Position numbers and translations under genes: made by a program
Part shown: one piece after another, positions 35,572 to 39,927 of the stretch
How the letters are laid out: each line of letters begins with the position of its first letter
How positions within the stretch are numbered: position 1 is the stretch's first letter
The notes under the pieces: generated by a model
The model's database searches: none
What the model was told of the DNA's origin: nothing
What the model saw: the letters and a program-made list of their open reading frames with translations, nothing else
Origin: a virus
Lineage: Duplodnaviria > Caudoviricetes
Direction: 5' to 3' (one strand)
Virus record (IMG/VR): IMGVR_UViG_3300027653_000003
Location: 1-39,927 of that record
Length of the DNA: 39,927 nucleotides

Positions 35572-35671
35572 GGGAGTGTAGCTCAACCGGGTGAGCGTCC
35601 GTCCAGTGCACGAGGCTGCCACCTCAATGCACAAGGGCGGGAGGATGCGGGTTCGAGTCCCGCCACTCCAG
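35572..35671 (+). ncRNA. tRNA-like RNA with extended anticodon arm
   Basis: GGAGTG/CACTCC acceptor stem, GCTC/GAGC D stem, GCGGG-TTCGAGT-CCCGC T arm, 44-nt anticodon arm. Confidence 0.75.
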
Positions 35672-35777
35672 CAGCTTGCCCTTAAATAGACTTAACATTT
35701 TTTCGCCGCTTTTGTCAATCTCTTTACATCGCTTAGTAGTGTGGGAAAGGCCCCCGATGATGGGGGCCTGTGTCATA

Positions 35778-35990
35778 TTAACCCTCTTCACCACTGCCAA
35801 CGATAATCTCAAACACCGCACCGTTTTCATCAGCCGCAAACTGGGCATCAACGAACAGACACTCCCGGCCATCGATGTGCGTCTGCCAACCACGTGCCAG
35901 GTTTATCAGATCGGGTATGTCACTCGGGTAAAATTCTCCTAATGCGACACCCTTACCACCCTCTGCTCTACGAACAACAACTGTAATCAT
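35778..35990 (-). CDS. Hypothetical protein
   Basis: GAGGAGG RBS; followed by a hairpin. Confidence 0.7.
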   Translation of the reverse strand: MITVVVRRAEGGKGVALGEFYPSDIPDLINLARGWQTHIDGRECLFVDAQFAADENGAVFEIIVGSGEEG

Positions 35991-36043
35991 TTGTCGCCCT
36001 CCTCATATCTCAACCGTTGCCCCCGGTAGCGGGGGGCCTGTGT

Positions 36044-36271
36044 CTACTCCTCAACCTGCGCCAGGTAGTAGGTCGTCATGCCGCCGGACTCTACGGACAC
36101 GACATGCGTGTACGGCTCCCAGCCCGCCAGGTCGCTTTCCACGGCCACCGCCTCGGCCTCCAGCTCGATCAGCGCATCCTCGTCAAGTTCGCCGAGCCCG
36201 TTGTCCTGGATGCGGTTGAGCCTCGTGTCGTACTCGACCTGTTTTGCCTGCGTGATTCGCAATTTCGCCAT
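36044..36271 (-). CDS. Hypothetical acidic protein
   Basis: AAGGAG RBS; followed by a hairpin. Confidence 0.65.
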   Translation of the reverse strand: MAKLRITQAKQVEYDTRLNRIQDNGLGELDEDALIELEAEAVAVESDLAGWEPYTHVVSVESGGMTTYYLAQVEE

Positions 36272-36398
36272 TCATGCCCAGCTCCTTTCTTAGTGCCCTC
36301 TCCACGATCCGACCCATCGTTTCGCCTGTTTCCGCGGCCCGCACTCGCAAGGTCCGTTGTACATCCTCGCTGACTCCTCGTACGCTCAATATCTCCAA
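36183..36398 (-). CDS. Ribbon-helix-helix (Arc/FitA-like) regulator
   Basis: GAGGAGG before TTG; ILSVRGVSEDVQRTLRVRAAETGETMGRIVERAL. Confidence 0.7.
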   Translation of the reverse strand: MEILSVRGVSEDVQRTLRVRAAETGETMGRIVERALRKELGMNGEIANHAGKTGRVRHEAQPHPGQRARRT

Positions 36399-36451
36399 GT
36401 GACAACCTCCTCTGAGGCCGGGATTGTGGCTCCCGGCGGGCCTTGTGCGAA

Positions 36452-36928
36452 CTAGAGGTTGTGGTGCTTGATTGCCTCCAGCAACGCCTTGTGCGTCCAA
36501 CCCTGCTCCGATTCTTGGTTGCGGAGTGCCGTCCAGTCAACCCGCCCGCTACCCGCAGCGCCAAACTTGCCCGCCCGGACCATGTCGTTCCAGGCCTTGC
36601 GCCGCTCGGCAGTTACCTCCGGTGTCCACTCGGCCAAGAATGCGGCCCGCCCCTCGGCCTGGACCTTTGCCCGCAGTTCTGCAAGCTCGTCCATTAGCCT
36701 CTTACGCTCGGCCCTTGCCCCACTTTCGTCTTGATACCCCTCGACGATTGCATTGCTCAGGTAGTCGATCTGGCGCGAAAGCTCTGTCATTTGCTCCGTA
36801 GTCGTTTTGGGACGGCGGGCTTCCTTTGCCTCGGCCTCAAGCTCTTTGCTCCGTAGGTCGAACACCTTCCGCATGTCGCCGCCCTCTCCCCAAGCCCGCT
36901 CGCTGTCGCTAACAAAGTGCCTCGTCAT
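36452..36928 (-). CDS. Hypothetical coiled-coil protein
   Basis: GGAGG RBS; first gene after a consensus promoter. Confidence 0.7.
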   Translation of the reverse strand: MTRHFVSDSERAWGEGGDMRKVFDLRSKELEAEAKEARRPKTTTEQMTELSRQIDYLSNAIVEGYQDESGARAERKRLMDELAELRAKVQAEGRAAFLAEWTPEVTAERRKAWNDMVRAGKFGAAGSGRVDWTALRNQESEQGWTHKALLEAIKHHNL

Positions 36929-36976
36929 CCCAATCGCCTCCGTGTTTGTTTTTGTGCTCCCTCAACCTTCAACCTT

Positions 36977-37005
36977 ATTATAGCGTACACATGTATACAT
37001 GTCAA
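36977..37005 (-). promoter_or_regulatory. Consensus sigma-A promoter overlapped by a palindromic operator
   Basis: TTGACA-17-TATAAT on the minus strand; ACATGTATACATGT palindrome at 36989-37002. Confidence 0.9.
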
Positions 37006-37024
37006 CAACAAAATGGAATTATCT

Positions 37025-37053
37025 TTGACGGTTCCCGCACAGGCGTATATAAT
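37025..37053 (+). promoter_or_regulatory. Sigma-A promoter for the sRNA
   Basis: TTGACG-17-TATAAT. Confidence 0.85.
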
Positions 37054-37058
37054 AGATG

Positions 37059-37154
37059 TAGGCGGGTGCGCTAACACCCGCCGGGGAATAATGCCCTCAT
37101 GCCTCATGCCTGTTATTTGAGCCCTAGCCCTCTCGGCTGGGGCTTTTTTCTTTT
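37059..37154 (+). ncRNA. Putative ~95-nt small RNA
   Basis: Promoter, 5' hairpin 37061-37082, unpaired repeat, terminator stem 37120-37144 plus T run. Confidence 0.7.
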
Positions 37155-37560
37155 ACCCAAAATGCGAACACGCGTACCGACTCACGTAAATATGTATTTC
37201 CGTGCTTTTATTTGTGGGGCACCGAATCGCCCGAATCCCCGGCCTCCAGCGGGTTACGGGGCTTTTGGGCGCGCAAAGAGGCCCCTGCTGGCGGCGTTTA
37301 TGCACAAGGCAGGGTGTTTATACAGCGAATATTCACGGTGGGGGATTGAAGGATTTTGCCACATTGAGCAGAAATGGGAATGCAAGAAGCCACCCTCGCG
37401 GGTGGCCTCTCAAATAAAATAACGCCTAGTGAGCAGCTTGGAATGAAGACTTTGGCGGGTCGATTTCCAAACCGCTCTGTCGCCTCGGTGTGAGGCCTTA
37501 TACTATCTAATATTATACCACACCAAGCGCGACTCCTTCTAGGCCGAAGGAGTTTTTTCA

Positions 37561-38208
37561 ATGTCAAAGCCAACCGTCTATTTAGACAAGGGACGACAGA
37601 CTGAAGCAATCCGCTATATACAAAGGGTTAAGAGGGTTTCCCGAGAGGGGGTCGTCGTGCTAAAGAACGCCACTCTAGCCGACCGCCTTAATTGTAGCGA
37701 GTCAACTGCCCGCAGGACGATCAAGGAATTGGTCGATGCAGGGCACCTAATCAAAGTGCAGGTTCCGAAACCCGGCGGCGGGTTTCTAAATGCCTACGAT
37801 GTTGATACAAACATCATCTACCGCACGTCCTCTTTTCTAAGGCGAGTTCGTAAACAAGTTGAACATGCGTCAACGATGCGTAAAGCCAATGGTGATGCGG
37901 GTTCCGGGTGTCGCTGCGGCGGGGGAAGTAAAGGCTTTAAATCTAAGAACAATAATAAATACAAGCGCAAGCGCAATCGGTCTGTGGATAATGGGGATTT
38001 GCAAGCCCTCATGTCCGTAGCCAGAGCCGCAGGCGTTGACGATAGCCAGCGTGGATACCTAGGTATAGCCGCACGTAGGTACGGCGTCAAGGAGGCTTGG
38101 GAAGCCTTGGTGATCGCATTTGAGCGCGGTTACAGAGTGCGTGATCTGGTGCGCGTTACATGGGGCATCCTCAAACGCTGGCACAACAAGGAGGCGATAG
38201 CGACGTGA
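37561..38208 (+). CDS. HTH protein, putative plasmid-state replication initiator
   Basis: NATLADRLNCSESTARRTIKELVDAGHL winged HTH; basic linker; coupled to parA. Confidence 0.6.
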   Translation: MSKPTVYLDKGRQTEAIRYIQRVKRVSREGVVVLKNATLADRLNCSESTARRTIKELVDAGHLIKVQVPKPGGGFLNAYDVDTNIIYRTSSFLRRVRKQVEHASTMRKANGDAGSGCRCGGGSKGFKSKNNNKYKRKRNRSVDNGDLQALMSVARAAGVDDSQRGYLGIAARRYGVKEAWEALVIAFERGYRVRDLVRVTWGILKRWHNKEAIAT

Positions 38209-38972
38209 TCATCACAGTTGCAAATCAAAAGGGAGGCGTGGGCAAAACGACGACCGTTGTCTCGTTAGCCTACAATCTGCATCGCATGGGCAAGCGCGTG
38301 TGCGTGATTGACCTCGATCCGCAGGCCAACACGACGATGACGCTAGGCATGACACCGGACCAGGTGCTCGAACGCCCTAATGTGTACAAATTTTTCGCAG
38401 GCGAATCGGAGTTGCTACCCACCGAAACCGAGTCGGGCATATGGCTGGTGCCCTCACATATCGGTTTAGCACACACTGAGCGGGCACTGTACGCGGAGGT
38501 CAACCGCGAACAACGCCTAGCGGCACAAATCGGCCTGTATGACGCCGAGTTTGACGTCACCCTAATAGACAGCCCACCTTCGCTCGGCGTGCTCACCTAC
38601 AACGCCCTGGCGGCGTGTGACACGGTAATCGCACCAGTGCAGGCAGAACCGTTTGCACTCGACGGCATCACAATGCTACTCGACACGCTGGCGGCGGTAC
38701 GGGACTACGGCCTCAATAGCCGTTGCAGGTTAGGCGGTGCCGTGCTGACTCTCGTTGACCGCAGGCGCAACGTGGACGCACGCACAGGCGACATCATACG
38801 CGAGGCACTGGGCGACGCAGTGTTCGCCTCCTCTATCCCCCGCGACGTGCGTATGGTGGAGATGACGGAGCGTGGCGACCTGTCGCTACTCGACGGGGCA
38901 TCTAATGCGGCGGTAGCCTATAGGGATCTGGCAGAGGAGGTGGCTGACAGATGGCTGGCGGCAAGAGTCTAG
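38205..38972 (+). CDS. parA: ParA/Soj family partition ATPase
   Basis: NQKGGVGKTT, IDLDPQAN, IDSPPSLG, PVQAE. Confidence 0.93.
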   Translation: MIITVANQKGGVGKTTTVVSLAYNLHRMGKRVCVIDLDPQANTTMTLGMTPDQVLERPNVYKFFAGESELLPTETESGIWLVPSHIGLAHTERALYAEVNREQRLAAQIGLYDAEFDVTLIDSPPSLGVLTYNALAACDTVIAPVQAEPFALDGITMLLDTLAAVRDYGLNSRCRLGGAVLTLVDRRRNVDARTGDIIREALGDAVFASSIPRDVRMVEMTERGDLSLLDGASNAAVAYRDLAEEVADRWLAARV

Positions 38973-39304
38973 GGGATCAGCGCATGAGTGACCTGTTACG
39001 AGCTACGCAGCGCAACCAGTCCGAGACTCGGCCACAGCTTGTTAACTCACGAGATGGCAAGTTAACAAGCCAACAAGATGACGAGACAACAAGCGAGCAA
39101 GTTAATTCGTTGGCTAGTTTGTTAACTAACGAATTTGAGGGTTGGTTGGCTAGAGAGTCAAAGGGTGAGCGTTTTAGTGTGGGGGCGCGGATATATAAGC
39201 GTCTGTGGCACATTGTGAACCTCTACTGCGTGGAGGAGGGCATAACACGTCAGGAGTTTTTGGAGGAGGCCATCATCAACGAGATGCGTCGGCGGCTAAG
39301 ATGA
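38951..39304 (+). CDS. Small centromere-binding protein (type Ib, RHH-like)
   Basis: Follows parA; low-complexity N-terminus, C-terminal FSVGARI...GITRQEFLEEAI. Confidence 0.65.
   Translation: MAGGKSLGDQRMSDLLRATQRNQSETRPQLVNSRDGKLTSQQDDETTSEQVNSLASLLTNEFEGWLARESKGERFSVGARIYKRLWHIVNLYCVEEGITRQEFLEEAIINEMRRRLR
39038..39129. repeat. 8-bp periodic array, candidate parS
   Basis: CGAGATGG CAAGTTAA CAAGCCAA CAAGATGA CGAGACAA CAAGCGAG CAAGTTAA at 39050-39105, with GTTAA palindrome cores. Confidence 0.65.
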
Positions 39305-39311
39305 GGCAAAC

Positions 39312-39338
39312 AAAAAGCCCCGCTTCGGCGGGGCTTGT
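39312..39338. terminator. Terminator between convergent genes
   Basis: AAGCCCCGC-TTCG-GCGGGGCTT; the A run gives a U tail on the minus strand. Confidence 0.85.
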
Positions 39339-39341
39339 CCC

Positions 39342-39776
39342 TCACAAACTCACACGCTCGACGGTAAAATTGTCGGTCTCTCGGTACTGCAAGCTGCCCT
39401 CGTCCCGGGTTAGGACTCTCACCCGGCGCAACCGGGAATAGCCCGTAGAGCCTGTTTTGACTTCGAACGTCGCCGTGTCCGACCATCCTGCACTGACGGT
39501 AAAAGGCTCCGTTTCGCCAAAATACTCCGGTTGCCCGTTCGGCGTTGTCGCATAGCCGGTAAACACGAGTTTGAAAACGCCGGGGCCGCCCTTGTTCTCA
39601 AGGTCCAGGGTGATTCGCTCATGATGCATCGGCGCGTTAAGGCTCACCTCATAGCCCGTAGCCACGACCGCAGCAGGGCCCGGCCCTGTTGGCGTTTGCG
39701 AGCCTGGAGTTATGCCCCCACACCCGGCGAAAATCAGGCCCAACAGCACAACAATCACACCAGCCCGAATCCTCAT
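39342..39776 (-). CDS. Lipoprotein, possible superinfection-exclusion factor
   Basis: MRIRAGVIVVLLGLIFAG-C lipobox; GGAGG RBS; downstream of cI across the circular junction. Confidence 0.75.
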   Translation of the reverse strand: MRIRAGVIVVLLGLIFAGCGGITPGSQTPTGPGPAAVVATGYEVSLNAPMHHERITLDLENKGGPGVFKLVFTGYATTPNGQPEYFGETEPFTVSAGWSDTATFEVKTGSTGYSRLRRVRVLTRDEGSLQYRETDNFTVERVSL

Positions 39777-39800
39777 ATAGCCCACCTCCGCGACATCCAT

Positions 39801-39927
39801 TCCGTGCCGATATGTCAGAGTCCTCCAAATGCCCCCATTTTAGATGCGTTTTATGCAGGTTGCCCAAGAATCCCCATTATGGTAACGTGTAGACCAAAGG
39901 ACAACAAACGCCCGTTCGGGCGAACAA
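39801..39927. repeat. Terminal overlap identical to 1-127
   Basis: Direct sequence identity. Confidence 0.95.

Noticed and set aside
35572-35671. Canonical tRNA-Gly or intron-containing tRNA
   Set aside because: No 7-nt anticodon loop with U33 at the normal position and no recognisable intron; kept as tRNA-like only
39801-39927. 127-bp terminal repeat as a biological direct terminal repeat
   Set aside because: The length equals a common assembly k-mer and it is far from the terminase genes; it only indicates circularity

Overview
The window is an apparently complete, circular ~39.8 kb temperate siphovirus genome. Bases 1-127 repeat at 39801-39927, most likely an assembly overlap. Strong GGAGG ribosome-binding sites, sigma-A-type promoters and SPP1/A118-like virion genes point to a high-GC Bacillota host (inference). 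Modules in order: cI/cro-like switch; recombination (Gam-like, Sak4-like AAA ATPase); lambda-type replication (initiator with internal iterons plus DnaC-like loader); ThyX, dUTPase, RuvC and about 20 small accessory genes; ArpU/RinA-like late activator; packaging, head and tail genes; lysis; a leftward accessory operon; and a Rep-like/ParA/centromere-binding module. No integrase is visible, so it is probably a phage-plasmid. The most unusual signals are at the RNA and recoding level: a tRNA-like gene with a greatly extended anticodon arm, a promoter- and terminator-bounded sRNA complementary to a repeat upstream of the late activator, a multi-stem RNA followed by an Arg-rich peptide, three predicted programmed frameshifts (one in a lysis gene), accessory genes joined by repeated junction sequences, and a duplicated tail-tube gene. 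All calls come from reading the sequence; no searches or folding computations were run.
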